A stretch of DNA of 64,000 bases from Lachnospiraceae bacterium (GTDB lineage: Bacteria > Bacillota > Clostridia > Lachnospirales > Lachnospiraceae): the NCBI GenBank assembly GCA_036723975.1, contig DAIMGJ010000006.1:35944-99943 (forward strand). The letters run 5' to 3'. The notes beneath the pieces were generated by a model. The model had not been told where the DNA came from and ran no database searches. It was given only the letters and a program-made list of their open reading frames with translations. A program made the position numbers and the translations under genes. Below, in pieces: positions 10,979-20,643 of the stretch (within the stretch, counting starts at the first letter, position 1; each line of letters starts with the position of its first letter).

Positions 10979-13120
10979 ATGTTGTCATCTATGGAATTAC
11001 TTGCTCCTGCCGGAGATTTGAAAATTTTTAAAAGCGCCATAAATGCCGGTGCGGATGCGGTTTATTTTGGCGGCGATTTTTTTGGTGCCAGAGCATCTGC
11101 CACAAATTTTAGTGCTACAGATGCAAAAAACGCTTTGGATTATGCTCATGCCAGAGGGAAAAAAGCTTATCTTACGGTAAATACTTTACTTAAGAATACG
11201 GAAATCGAAGGAAAACTCTATGATTTCATGAAGGATTATTATGAGGCCGGAATCGATGGTGTCATTATTCAGGACTTTGGGGTATTTACATTTCTAAAAG
11301 ATCATTTCCCGGAATTGGAACTCCATGCGTCCACTCAGATGAGTTTGATGTCCCGCTATGGTGCCCGTTTTTTAAAAGATGCCGGTGCAAGCCGAATTGT
11401 TACTGCAAGAGAATTATCTATAAAAGAGATAAAAGACATTCATGAAAATGTAGATATTGAGATTGAAGCCTTTGTACACGGCGCACTGTGCGTTTGCTAT
11501 TCCGGGAATTGTCTTATGTCTTCGTTTATAGGAGGACGAAGCGGAAATCGTGGATATTGCGCACAACCTTGTCGATTGCCCTATGAACTTTTGGACGAAC
11601 ACAAAAACAGTGTTTACGGTACCGAGAAATATCATTTATCTCCCAAGGATTTTTGGGGAATCCATGATTTACCGAAGATGCTGGATGCCGGCGTCTATTC
11701 CTATAAGATAGAAGGACGTTTAAAAAACGAAGCTTATGTCACCAATGTGGTATCTATATATCGAAAGTACATGGATTTATTGTTGTCGGAAGGCGAAAAG
11801 AAGTATCACGTTGAAGAAAAAGATATCAAACAATTGGTGGATGCCGGAAATCGCGGTGGCTTTACCAATCTATACTTTTTTGCAAGAAACGGAAAGGAAC
11901 TTGTGGATGATACGAGTCCTGCCTTCTATCAGGAGAATAAAACTCCGGTAAAGAAGGAATCACCCATGGTTTGTGAAACACTTTACGGCGAGTTTACGGC
12001 TCATGTTGGAAAAGAGATTTCCTTTACCGCCTGGAACGATAATGGAGATTGTACAACAGTAAAAGCCGGTATTTGCGAAGAAAGCAAAAATAAGGCTACT
12101 TCAAAAACTGAGATTTTGGATAAACTATGGGCTACAGGGGATGCGCCGTTTGCTTTTTCGGATATCAGTATTCAAATGGATGACAATGCCTTTGTGCCGT
12201 TAAAATATGTAAAAAACTTACGAAGAGAAGCGCTTTCTTTCTTTGTAAAGAAAAACACAAGGGCAATGAAACCTTTTTGTCCGGTGGATGAATCACTGCT
12301 AAAGAAAAAGAGTTCTATGCAAACCATTCGCATCAGTGTTTCAAGCAAAGAACAATTGAAGGCATTAAATGATGTTTCCTTTTCATTTGATCTTATTATA
12401 TCCGAGCATTTATGGCTTACAGACTTTGATTTAAAAGCCACCAAGGAAGCCTTTGGTCATGTGTATGCAACCCTTCCTGTTGTGATTCGTTCTCATACGA
12501 TAAATCTTGTGAAAAAGAAGATCCTGGAATACAAAGATGTTTTGGACGGTTTTTATGCTGCTTCATATGATGGATTGGAAATGCTGAAAGAATGTGGAGT
12601 TGAGAAAGAAAATATCTATTTTTCCAACCGTATTTATACCTATTCCAACCGAAGCGAGGAAGCCTTTGCGCGATTGGGATATGAAAACTTTTTTGCTCCG
12701 TTGGAGTTAAACGAAAAAGAGTTATCCCACAGAGCAAACGGAAGGTCCGAAATGCTTATTTACGGCTATGTTCCGCTTATGTATACAGCCAACTGTTTAT
12801 CCAAACTTCATTTTGGATGTAAGCAAAAGGAAACTACGTATTGTTATTTAAAGGATCGAAAGAGTGCGGTGTTTCCGGTATTAAATCAGTGCGAGATTTG
12901 CACCAATATCGTGTACAACAGTTTGCCGGTATGTCTTTTTGAAAAATCAGAAAGCATGAAAAACCTGGGATTTTCTGCTTTTCGAATGGATTTTACGATA
13001 GAATCCAAAGATAAAGTAAAAGAGATATTAAAGCTTTTTTACGAAGTCTTTGTATTGGGAAGGAAAGTGGAAGTAGATTTTGATCATACAAAAGGACATC
13101 TGAAACGAGGAGTTTTATAA
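10979..13120 (+). CDS. peptidase U32 family protein (long form)
   Basis: U32 signature EAFVHGALCVCYSGNCLMS plus a second Cys-rich segment. 713 aa. Confidence 0.9.
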   Translation: MLSSMELLAPAGDLKIFKSAINAGADAVYFGGDFFGARASATNFSATDAKNALDYAHARGKKAYLTVNTLLKNTEIEGKLYDFMKDYYEAGIDGVIIQDFGVFTFLKDHFPELELHASTQMSLMSRYGARFLKDAGASRIVTARELSIKEIKDIHENVDIEIEAFVHGALCVCYSGNCLMSSFIGGRSGNRGYCAQPCRLPYELLDEHKNSVYGTEKYHLSPKDFWGIHDLPKMLDAGVYSYKIEGRLKNEAYVTNVVSIYRKYMDLLLSEGEKKYHVEEKDIKQLVDAGNRGGFTNLYFFARNGKELVDDTSPAFYQENKTPVKKESPMVCETLYGEFTAHVGKEISFTAWNDNGDCTTVKAGICEESKNKATSKTEILDKLWATGDAPFAFSDISIQMDDNAFVPLKYVKNLRREALSFFVKKNTRAMKPFCPVDESLLKKKSSMQTIRISVSSKEQLKALNDVSFSFDLIISEHLWLTDFDLKATKEAFGHVYATLPVVIRSHTINLVKKKILEYKDVLDGFYAASYDGLEMLKECGVEKENIYFSNRIYTYSNRSEEAFARLGYENFFAPLELNEKELSHRANGRSEMLIYGYVPLMYTANCLSKLHFGCKQKETTYCYLKDRKSAVFPVLNQCEICTNIVYNSLPVCLFEKSESMKNLGFSAFRMDFTIESKDKVKEILKLFYEVFVLGRKVEVDFDHTKGHLKRGVL

Positions 13121-14461
13121 GTGCTACATTTAATTACGACAATCTCAAAATATACCATCATGTTGATGTTTACTCTGTACACCTATTACTGTTTTGCTGC
13201 GCTTCGTGTGGGAATGAAACCTAAGCGCAAGGCTTGGATGTATCGCAAACAGCAGGTACTTACGTATTTTATCCTGCTTAACTGTAACGCGGTGCTATTG
13301 TGTGTAACCATGGATGGAAGAGTTCTTATCATGGCAGTGGCGGAAATCATCTTTTTATCCATCACGAATTTGATTTACAGCAAAATGTATGAGGGAGCAT
13401 CACAATCTGTGGTGAATAATATGTGCATGCTCCTTGGGATAGGGTTTGTGATTTTAACCAGATTGGATTTGAATCGTGCCATCCGCCAGTTTGTGTTTGC
13501 AATTTGCGCACTGATTATTACAGCAATCGTCCCGCTTTTTGTCAGCAAATTAAAGTTTTTAAATAAACTGAGTTTTATTTATGCAATCATAGGCGTTCTT
13601 TCTTTGGGAGTTGTGGCTATCACAGGAACTGCAGAATACGGCGCAAAGCTGAATGTATCCTTGGGACCGGTTTCCGTTCAGCCTTCGGAATTCGTAAAAA
13701 TCATTTTTGTTTTTTTCATGGCTGCGATTCTATACAACTATGAAGAAAGTTACGAACTTATATATGCTACGGTGGTAGCGATGTTACACGTTGGATTGTT
13801 AATCGCATCCAGAGATTTGGGCGGGGCATTTATTTTTTTGATTACATATATCTGTATGTTATATGTCGCTACAAAAAGATTTCGGATTCTTCTGGGTGGA
13901 GCGGCATTGGGGATTGTAGGTGCATTTTCGGCATATAAGTTGTTTTCACATGTGCAGAATCGAGTTGTGGCATGGCTTGATCCGTTATCTGTGATTGACA
14001 ATCAGGGATATCAGGTGAGCCAATCCCTCTTTGCAATCGGAACTGGAGGCTGGTTTGGAAGCGGGCTTGGAGAGGGGCTTCCGCAAAAGATTCCGGTGGT
14101 ATCAAAAGATTTTATTTTTGCAGCTATATCGGAAGAATTAGGCGGAGTATTTGCTCTTTGCCTTATCTTTGTATGTATCAGTTGCTTACTTATGTTTTTT
14201 AATATTTCCATGAGCATTCGCGATCCTTTTTATAAGGTGATTGCCTTAGGCCTTGCAGTGGAATACGGTACCCAGGTGTTTTTAACCATTGGTGGAGTGA
14301 CTAAATTTATTCCTTCCACGGGAGTAACACTTCCTTTGGTAAGTTATGGCGGAAGTTCACTTTTGGCGACCATGATTTTGTTTGCGGTGATTCAGGGCCT
14401 TTACATCAAACGTAATGATGAAGAAAGAGAAAAAGAAGATGCGAAAGAAGAACTTATCTAA
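13121..14461 (+). CDS. FtsW/RodA/SpoVE family peptidoglycan glycosyltransferase
   Basis: About 10 TM helices, QPSEFVKI and conserved C-terminal GVTLPLVSYGGSS motif. GTG start abuts the U32 stop. Confidence 0.92.
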   Translation: MLHLITTISKYTIMLMFTLYTYYCFAALRVGMKPKRKAWMYRKQQVLTYFILLNCNAVLLCVTMDGRVLIMAVAEIIFLSITNLIYSKMYEGASQSVVNNMCMLLGIGFVILTRLDLNRAIRQFVFAICALIITAIVPLFVSKLKFLNKLSFIYAIIGVLSLGVVAITGTAEYGAKLNVSLGPVSVQPSEFVKIIFVFFMAAILYNYEESYELIYATVVAMLHVGLLIASRDLGGAFIFLITYICMLYVATKRFRILLGGAALGIVGAFSAYKLFSHVQNRVVAWLDPLSVIDNQGYQVSQSLFAIGTGGWFGSGLGEGLPQKIPVVSKDFIFAAISEELGGVFALCLIFVCISCLLMFFNISMSIRDPFYKVIALGLAVEYGTQVFLTIGGVTKFIPSTGVTLPLVSYGGSSLLATMILFAVIQGLYIKRNDEEREKEDAKEELI

Positions 14462-15911
14462 TGAAATTGAACCGTTGGATTTAGATCAACTAACGGAAAA
14501 GAAGCCTTCCCGTAACCGCGAGTTTGCTGTGATTACATATAGCTTTTTGGCTTTGTTTATTGCGCTTTGCGTATATTTTGGGTATTATTTGGGGTTTCGT
14601 TCCGAGACGTTTATCAATAATCCTTATAACAATGCCCGTATATTAAATCTTTCCAAATCTGTTTTACGTGGTAAGATTCTTTCGAAGGATGGAGAGGTGT
14701 TGGCATATTCCACGACGGATGAAAGCGGAAACGATGTGAGAGTGTATCCTTACGGAAATACGTTTGCCCATGTGATTGGCTACGATACAAACGGACTTAT
14801 GGGAGTGGAACTGGATTCCAACTTTTATCTTTTAAGAAGTCACGATTCCGTTGTCGCTCGCGTGTTAAATGATTTACAAAACGAAAAAAGCATAGGCGAT
14901 ACGGTTATTACCACTTTAGATTCAGCTTTGCAGGAAACCGTCTATGATGGTATGGGGAACTATGAAGGGGCTGTGGTAGCAATCGAGCCTTCCACCGGCA
15001 AAATCCTTTGTATGATTTCAAAGCCGGACTTTAACCCGAATACCATTATCTACGATTATGAAGATTTGGCAAAAGATGAAGATTCTTCTGTATTTTTGAA
15101 TCGTGCCACCGCAGGACTTTATCCTCCGGGGTCGACATTTAAGATGGTTACCGCTTTAGAATATTTAAACGAAGGCGGTCATGCGGAGGATGAATTTGAT
15201 TGTAACGGAAAATACGGCGATGATTCGTATAAGATTCATTGCGTGAACAATAAAGCCCATGGACACCAGACCTTGCTGGAGGCATTTGGTAATTCCTGTA
15301 ACGTTGTATTTGCCCAGATAGGACTTACCCTTGATTCTGCATCTTGGAATGAACTTTCAAGTCAATTGTTGTTTAATACGGATTTACCTCTTAAGATCTC
15401 AAATTCCAAAAAAAGCTCTTTTTTGGTGTCGGAAGAAGATACACAGGCGCGTACGATGCAAACAGCCATCGGACAGGGAAAGACACTGGTAACACCCATG
15501 CATATGGCACTTATTGCATCTTCTGTTTGCAATGATGGTGAACTCTATATTCCTTATGTTGTTGACAGAGTCGAAAATGTGAATGGAATTGAAATAGAAT
15601 CTTTTTCTCCGGAGAGTTACGGAACTATTATGTCAGCTTACCAGGCAAATGAACTGGAAGAATTGATGCGGTATGTGGTAACAGACGGAACCGCAAGTGC
15701 TCTTGATAATGAAGAGTATACGGTTTACGGTAAAACGGGGTCAGCAGAATACACCTCAAACAAAAATGAGACCCATTCCTGGTTTGTGGGATATGCGAAA
15801 CAGGGGGATAAAGAAATTGCGGTGGCGATTGTATTGGAAGGAGCCGGAAGCGGAAGTAAATATGCGGTACCTTTGGCAAACAAATTGTTTCAGCAGTATT
15901 TTAAAGAATAG
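14415..15911 (+). CDS. penicillin-binding protein 2 type transpeptidase
   Basis: STFK (GSTFKMV), SCN (GNSCNV) and KTGS (GKTGSA) motifs. N-terminal TM anchor. The start is ambiguous among ATGs 14415/14418/14439, and the ORF overlaps the upstream gene's end. Confidence 0.9.
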   Translation: MMKKEKKKMRKKNLSNEIEPLDLDQLTEKKPSRNREFAVITYSFLALFIALCVYFGYYLGFRSETFINNPYNNARILNLSKSVLRGKILSKDGEVLAYSTTDESGNDVRVYPYGNTFAHVIGYDTNGLMGVELDSNFYLLRSHDSVVARVLNDLQNEKSIGDTVITTLDSALQETVYDGMGNYEGAVVAIEPSTGKILCMISKPDFNPNTIIYDYEDLAKDEDSSVFLNRATAGLYPPGSTFKMVTALEYLNEGGHAEDEFDCNGKYGDDSYKIHCVNNKAHGHQTLLEAFGNSCNVVFAQIGLTLDSASWNELSSQLLFNTDLPLKISNSKKSSFLVSEEDTQARTMQTAIGQGKTLVTPMHMALIASSVCNDGELYIPYVVDRVENVNGIEIESFSPESYGTIMSAYQANELEELMRYVVTDGTASALDNEEYTVYGKTGSAEYTSNKNETHSWFVGYAKQGDKEIAVAIVLEGAGSGSKYAVPLANKLFQQYFKE

Positions 15912-15920
15912 AAGAGCGAA

Positions 15921-15953
15921 AAAAAAGAACTGTCATTTCGACAGTTCTTTTTA
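15921..15953. terminator. bidirectional intrinsic terminator between PBP gene (+) and rpmB (-)
   Basis: A-tract, GAACTGTC-ATTTC-GACAGTTC, T-tract. Confidence 0.8.
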
Positions 15954-15971
15954 TATCACGTTTTGAAACGT

Positions 15972-16157
15972 TTATGCTCTCTCAACTTTTCCAGAACGTA
16001 AGCAGGAAGTGCAAACATATAATCTCTTAGGAGTTCCGTCAACTTTACACTTAACAGATTTAACGTTTGATTTCCACATACGATTGGATCTTCTATGAGA
16101 ATGGCTCACCTTAATTCCGAAATGAGCACCTTTTCCGCAAACTGCACATTTTGCCAT
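15972..16157 (-). CDS. rpmB: 50S ribosomal protein L28
   Basis: MAKCAVCGKGAHFGIKVSHSHRRSNRMWKSNV... is unmistakable L28. GGAGGTG RBS before the ATG at 16157. Confidence 0.97.
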   Translation of the reverse strand: MAKCAVCGKGAHFGIKVSHSHRRSNRMWKSNVKSVKCKVDGTPKRLYVCTSCLRSGKVERA

Positions 16158-16214
16158 GATAAGCACCTCCTTTATTATCCATCATATACGTGCGTTTTTC
16201 GACGCAACATTGGT

Positions 16215-16243
16215 ATTCTAACAAAGTAATTTAAAAAATGCAA
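16215..16243 (-). promoter_or_regulatory. sigma-A-type promoter of rpmB
   Basis: Minus strand reads TTGCAT-N17-TAGAAT. Confidence 0.55.
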
Positions 16244-16378
16244 GTATTTTCTTTTTAAATATCAAATTATAATTCTCCTTATTTCATTTGAAATATTTGT
16301 TTTTTTTCTGAAATAAGATATAATATCTCTATCTGTGGATATACAGATTTAGAATGAATTGAACTTGGAGGATTTGAT

Positions 16379-16741
16379 ATGCAAGGTCAAGGCCAAATGA
16401 AAACTGACTTCGGTAAAATATTGATTGATGCAGACGTAATTGCTACCTATGCCGGATCCGTTGCAGTAGAGTGCTTCGGTATTGTTGGTATGGCAGCCGT
16501 TAATATGAAAGACGGATTGGTAAAGCTTTTAAAAGCAGATTACTTAAATCACGGTATTGATGTAACTGTTGTGGACAATGAGATTTCTTTGGATTTCCAT
16601 GTAATCGTATCATACGGCGTAGGGATTTCCACAGTATGTGAGAATCTTGAAGAAACCGTTAAATACCGTGTAGAAGAGTTTACAGGCATGAAAGTTAAGA
16701 ATATTAATGTCTTCGTTGAAGGCGTTCGTGTCATTGACTAG
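16379..16741 (+). CDS. Asp23/Gls24 family envelope stress (alkaline shock) protein
   Basis: 120 aa, GKILIDADVIATYAGSVAVECFGIVGM typical Asp23 N-terminus. Conserved asp23-yloV-recG neighbourhood. Confidence 0.9.
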   Translation: MQGQGQMKTDFGKILIDADVIATYAGSVAVECFGIVGMAAVNMKDGLVKLLKADYLNHGIDVTVVDNEISLDFHVIVSYGVGISTVCENLEETVKYRVEEFTGMKVKNINVFVEGVRVID

Positions 16742-16755
16742 GAGGATTTTTTAAG

Positions 16756-18390
16756 TTGGAAGTTACAAATATCAGTGCGTCTGAATTTGCCAAGATGTTT
16801 TTAGCAGGTTCGAAATATTTAGAGGCAAATAAAGATCTAATTAATGAATTAAATGTTTTTCCGGTTCCTGACGGTGATACCGGTACAAATATGACCATGA
16901 CCATTATGTCAGCCGCAAAAGAAGTGGCTATTTTGGAAGATCCGGATATGGCTACACTATGCAAGGCCATGTCTTCCGGCTCTTTAAGAGGTGCCAGAGG
17001 TAACTCCGGCGTTATTTTATCTCAGTTATTCCGAGGATTTACCAAGGTTGCCAAGACAAATGAGACTTTAACCGTTGAGATTATTGCGGAGGCTTGCCAG
17101 AAGTCCTGCGAAACAGCGTATAAAGCTGTTATGAAACCAAAAGAAGGTACCATTCTTACGGTTGCTAAAGCAGTTGCCGATAAGGCTACTGAGATGGTAG
17201 ATAAAACCGATGATGTCATCGAGTTTTATGAAGCGGTTTTAAATGCCGGTGAAGAAGCATTGGCTCGTACCCCTGAACTTTTACCTGTATTAAAACAGGC
17301 AGGAGTAGTGGATTCCGGCGGACAGGGATTGATTGAAGTCCTTCGCGGTGGATATGACTATATCTGCGGTAAAGAAATCGATCTTACCGTTGAGGGAGCT
17401 GCAAAGCCGGAGGCAAAGGCTGAGGTTTCTATGCCGAAGTTCTTATATCGTATGTCTTTTGTTATCAACTCCACAACACCGATTGATGCAAAGGATGTGA
17501 TGGACTACAAGGTATACTTGGAAGCTTTGGGGGAAGAAATCTCCGTAGAGCAAAAGAAACAGTCCATTTCCGTTATTATTATGACAAATGAACCGGGACG
17601 TGTTATTACAAAAGCCACAAAGCTTGGAACCATGTCTCAGGTTTCCATGATAAATATTGTAGATGATGATGTAAAAGACAGTGAAATAATCATCGAAACA
17701 CCAAAGAAAAAAGAAGAAAAAGAACCTGAAAAAGACTTTGGCTTTGTTACAGTTGCCTCAGGTAAAGGCTTAGTACAGATTTTTAAAGATCTTGGTGCTG
17801 ATGTAGTCATCGAAGGCGGACAGACCATGAACCCGAGTACGGACGATATTTTATCGGCAGTAGAAAAGGTTAACGCCAAGACAGTTTTCGTTTTGCCAAA
17901 CAATAAAAACATTATTTTGGCAGCAAATCAGGCGGAGAAACTTTGCGAAAACAAGAAAGTAGTTGTGATCCCTTCAAAGACATTACCACAGGGTATTACA
18001 GCACTTATCAACTTCGTTCCGGATGCTTCCGAAAAAGAAAACACCAAAAATATGACGGATGAACTTGCAAATGTGAAATCCGGAGAAGTTACCTACGCAG
18101 TTCGCGATACAATGATCGACGATAAGGAGATTAAAGAAGGCGACTATATGGGTATCGGGGATGCCGGTATTCTTTCCGTAAATACCGATTTAACCGAAGT
18201 TATGATTCAGATGCTTGAAGAAATGGTGGATGAAGAGGCCTCATTAATCAGCTTATATTCTGGAGCGGATGTGAAAAAGGGTGATGCTACCAAGATGAAA
18301 AAGGCTGTAGAAAAACGGTTTGATTCACTTGAAGTTGAACTTCAGGAAGGTGGACAGCCGGTTTATTATTACGTAACGTCAGTAGAATAA
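16756..18390 (+). CDS. DAK2 domain-containing protein (YloV-like)
   Basis: TTG start. DGDTGTNM Dak phosphatase-domain motif. Position between asp23 and recG as in other Firmicutes. Confidence 0.9.
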   Translation: MEVTNISASEFAKMFLAGSKYLEANKDLINELNVFPVPDGDTGTNMTMTIMSAAKEVAILEDPDMATLCKAMSSGSLRGARGNSGVILSQLFRGFTKVAKTNETLTVEIIAEACQKSCETAYKAVMKPKEGTILTVAKAVADKATEMVDKTDDVIEFYEAVLNAGEEALARTPELLPVLKQAGVVDSGGQGLIEVLRGGYDYICGKEIDLTVEGAAKPEAKAEVSMPKFLYRMSFVINSTTPIDAKDVMDYKVYLEALGEEISVEQKKQSISVIIMTNEPGRVITKATKLGTMSQVSMINIVDDDVKDSEIIIETPKKKEEKEPEKDFGFVTVASGKGLVQIFKDLGADVVIEGGQTMNPSTDDILSAVEKVNAKTVFVLPNNKNIILAANQAEKLCENKKVVVIPSKTLPQGITALINFVPDASEKENTKNMTDELANVKSGEVTYAVRDTMIDDKEIKEGDYMGIGDAGILSVNTDLTEVMIQMLEEMVDEEASLISLYSGADVKKGDATKMKKAVEKRFDSLEVELQEGGQPVYYYVTSVE

Positions 18391-18391
18391 T

Positions 18392-20446
18392 ATGTATACA
18401 TTAGAAGATTCCATTACAACTTTAAAGGGTGTCGGTGTAAAGACTGCAGGTCTTTATCATCGACTATCGTTGGAAAGTGTGTGGGATCTTCTTTTTTATT
18501 TTCCAAGAACCTACGAAAAATATCCGCAGGTTCTTTCTGATTTTACGGATATAAATGAAGAGGAAAAAGTTGCCCTGCCTATGACGGTATCCGAGATTCC
18601 AAAGAATGTGAAAACAAAACGTATGGATATTACCACACTGCATGGTTTTTATCACGATGTCCCGGTGGAGATGGTATGGTTTCGCTCCCCCTATATAAAA
18701 AATCAATTGAAATTGAATGAGACCTATATTTTTTACGGAAAGCTTCTGTCGGAAGGCGCTTTTAAAAAGAAAATGGAGCAGCCGGTTGTTTTTACCGAAG
18801 AAAAATATGCTTCAGTGCGTTCTTCGCTGCAACCGGTGTATGGTTTGACGAAAGGGCTTACCAACAATGCCATAAAAAAACAAATGCATTCTGTTTTGGA
18901 AGAGGTGGAAATCAAAGAGTATTTGCAACCTGCCTATTTGGATGAGAGAAGTCTTATGAATCTTTCACAAGCTATTTTAAAGATTCATTTTCCGAACTCC
19001 TTTGAGGAGTTAAAAGAGGCCAGAAAACGCTTGGTGTATGACGAGTTCTTGTGCTTTTTGTTGGATATGGAACGGGGAAAGCTTTCGGAAGAAGCTGTCC
19101 CAAATGAGTTTTTACTTTCAAAAGATGATTATTACAAATCATGCTTGGCGAAACTTCCCTTTGAACTTACAAAAGGGCAGTCCGACAGCCTTTTAGATCT
19201 TGTTTCGGATATGAAAGGACCGGTGATTACACAACGCTTGATTCAAGGAGATGTGGGAAGCGGCAAAACAATTCTTGCATTTTTGGCTATGACTTTGTTT
19301 TTGGAAAACGGCTATCAATCAGCGATTATGGCACCTACGGAGATTTTGGCAAAACAGCATTTTGACACTTTTAACTCCTATATAAAGCTGTTTGAACTTC
19401 CTTTTGAAGCGGTTCTTTTGGTGGGATCTATGACACAAAAAGAAAAAAAGGCTGTTTATGAAAAGATTTCTTCCGGTCAGGCTGTATATGTCATAGGTAC
19501 CAATGCACTGATTCAGGAAAAGGTAAATTATGATTCTTTAGGACTTGTAATTACGGATGAACAGCATCGATTTGGTGTAAAGCAAAGAGATGCCCTTCGA
19601 AAGAAGGGGGGAAATCCCTTTTGCGTCGTTATGTCTGCAACGCCGATTCCGAGAACTTTGTCCATGATTCTGTACGGGGATATGAATATATCTGTGATAT
19701 CCGATGTCCCGAGGAATCGTTTGCCTGTAAAAAATGCGGTGATTACCAAAAAAGAACTAACCACGGCATATCAATTGATTTATAAAGAAGTGGAACGTGG
19801 GCATCAGGCTTATGTGATCTGCCCATTGGTGGAAGCGAGCGAAAAGACGGAAAGCGAAAACGTGGAAGACTATGGGAAAAAGCTTTCACAGTTGTTTGGG
19901 TGCAGAATCCGTGTCGGAATTCTTCATGGGAAAATGTCTGCAGAAGAAAAACAAAGCGTAATGGAGGATTTTCTAAATAAGAAACTGGATGTGCTTTGCT
20001 CTACGACGGTAGTGGAAGTAGGTGTCAATGTCCCGAATGTGACGGTGATGCTGATTGAAGATGCCCATCGATTCGGTTTGGCTGCGCTTCATCAGTTGCG
20101 TGGTCGCGTAGGGCGTGGTGATGCACAAAGCTATTGCATCTTTGTTGACGGTGGCAAGAATAAGGAAAAAAACAAACGTCTGGAAGTTTTAAACAAATCA
20201 AATGACGGTTTCTATATTGCAAGTGAAGATTTGAAGCTTCGCGGTCCCGGTGACTTTTACGGCATCCGCCAAAGCGGGGATTTTGACTTTGCGTTGGCAG
20301 ACATTTACCAGGATGCGGATGTCCTCCAGATGGCGTCACAAGATGCAAAAGAGATGATTCGCATTGATTCAGATTTTTCCAATGAATATGCATCTGTTGG
20401 ATTGTATTTAAAGTTAAAAAATTCACATCAATATACTAATTTGTAA
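18392..20446 (+). CDS. recG: ATP-dependent DNA helicase RecG
   Basis: Wedge domain, Walker A GDVGSGKT, DEQHRFG box, TPIPRT, QLRGRVGRG motif VI. Confidence 0.97.
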   Translation: MYTLEDSITTLKGVGVKTAGLYHRLSLESVWDLLFYFPRTYEKYPQVLSDFTDINEEEKVALPMTVSEIPKNVKTKRMDITTLHGFYHDVPVEMVWFRSPYIKNQLKLNETYIFYGKLLSEGAFKKKMEQPVVFTEEKYASVRSSLQPVYGLTKGLTNNAIKKQMHSVLEEVEIKEYLQPAYLDERSLMNLSQAILKIHFPNSFEELKEARKRLVYDEFLCFLLDMERGKLSEEAVPNEFLLSKDDYYKSCLAKLPFELTKGQSDSLLDLVSDMKGPVITQRLIQGDVGSGKTILAFLAMTLFLENGYQSAIMAPTEILAKQHFDTFNSYIKLFELPFEAVLLVGSMTQKEKKAVYEKISSGQAVYVIGTNALIQEKVNYDSLGLVITDEQHRFGVKQRDALRKKGGNPFCVVMSATPIPRTLSMILYGDMNISVISDVPRNRLPVKNAVITKKELTTAYQLIYKEVERGHQAYVICPLVEASEKTESENVEDYGKKLSQLFGCRIRVGILHGKMSAEEKQSVMEDFLNKKLDVLCSTTVVEVGVNVPNVTVMLIEDAHRFGLAALHQLRGRVGRGDAQSYCIFVDGGKNKEKNKRLEVLNKSNDGFYIASEDLKLRGPGDFYGIRQSGDFDFALADIYQDADVLQMASQDAKEMIRIDSDFSNEYASVGLYLKLKNSHQYTNL

Positions 20447-20453
20447 AATACTT

Positions 20454-20543
20454 TCCCGCCTCCCGCAGGGCACCCCACATGCTCCCTCGGCCGCTTAAAC
20501 CGCTTACCCTCGGGGCATGGTCCCTCCCCTGCTCGCGGCGGGA
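20454..20543. other. GC-rich, C-tract-rich 90-nt imperfect hairpin element of unknown function
   Basis: Outer stems TCCCGCC/GGCGGGA, GCAGGG/CCCTGC and CATGCTCC/GGGGCATG. Core is CCCTCGG-CCGCTTA-AA-CCGCTTA-CCCTCGG. Composition contrasts strongly with the AT-rich surroundings. Confidence 0.5.
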
Positions 20544-20643
20544 TATTTACTCTTTTCAAATGGCTTATTGCATGTTATTATATGCATACATTTCATTTTA
20601 GAGTCTTTTTTATCTTATACATTCCCCAGGAATAGGAGAAAAA

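Noticed and set aside
15697-15966. 89-aa + strand ORF at the 3' end of the PBP gene
   Set aside because: It is an alternative frame of the PBP2 coding sequence that runs through the terminator. It has no RBS or motif.
20454-20543. GC-rich element as a tRNA, SRP RNA or other known small RNA
   Set aside because: It has no cloverleaf, no T-loop GTTCRA, and no SRP helix-8 GGAA tetraloop or AGCA motif. It is retained only as an unclassified element in the findings.
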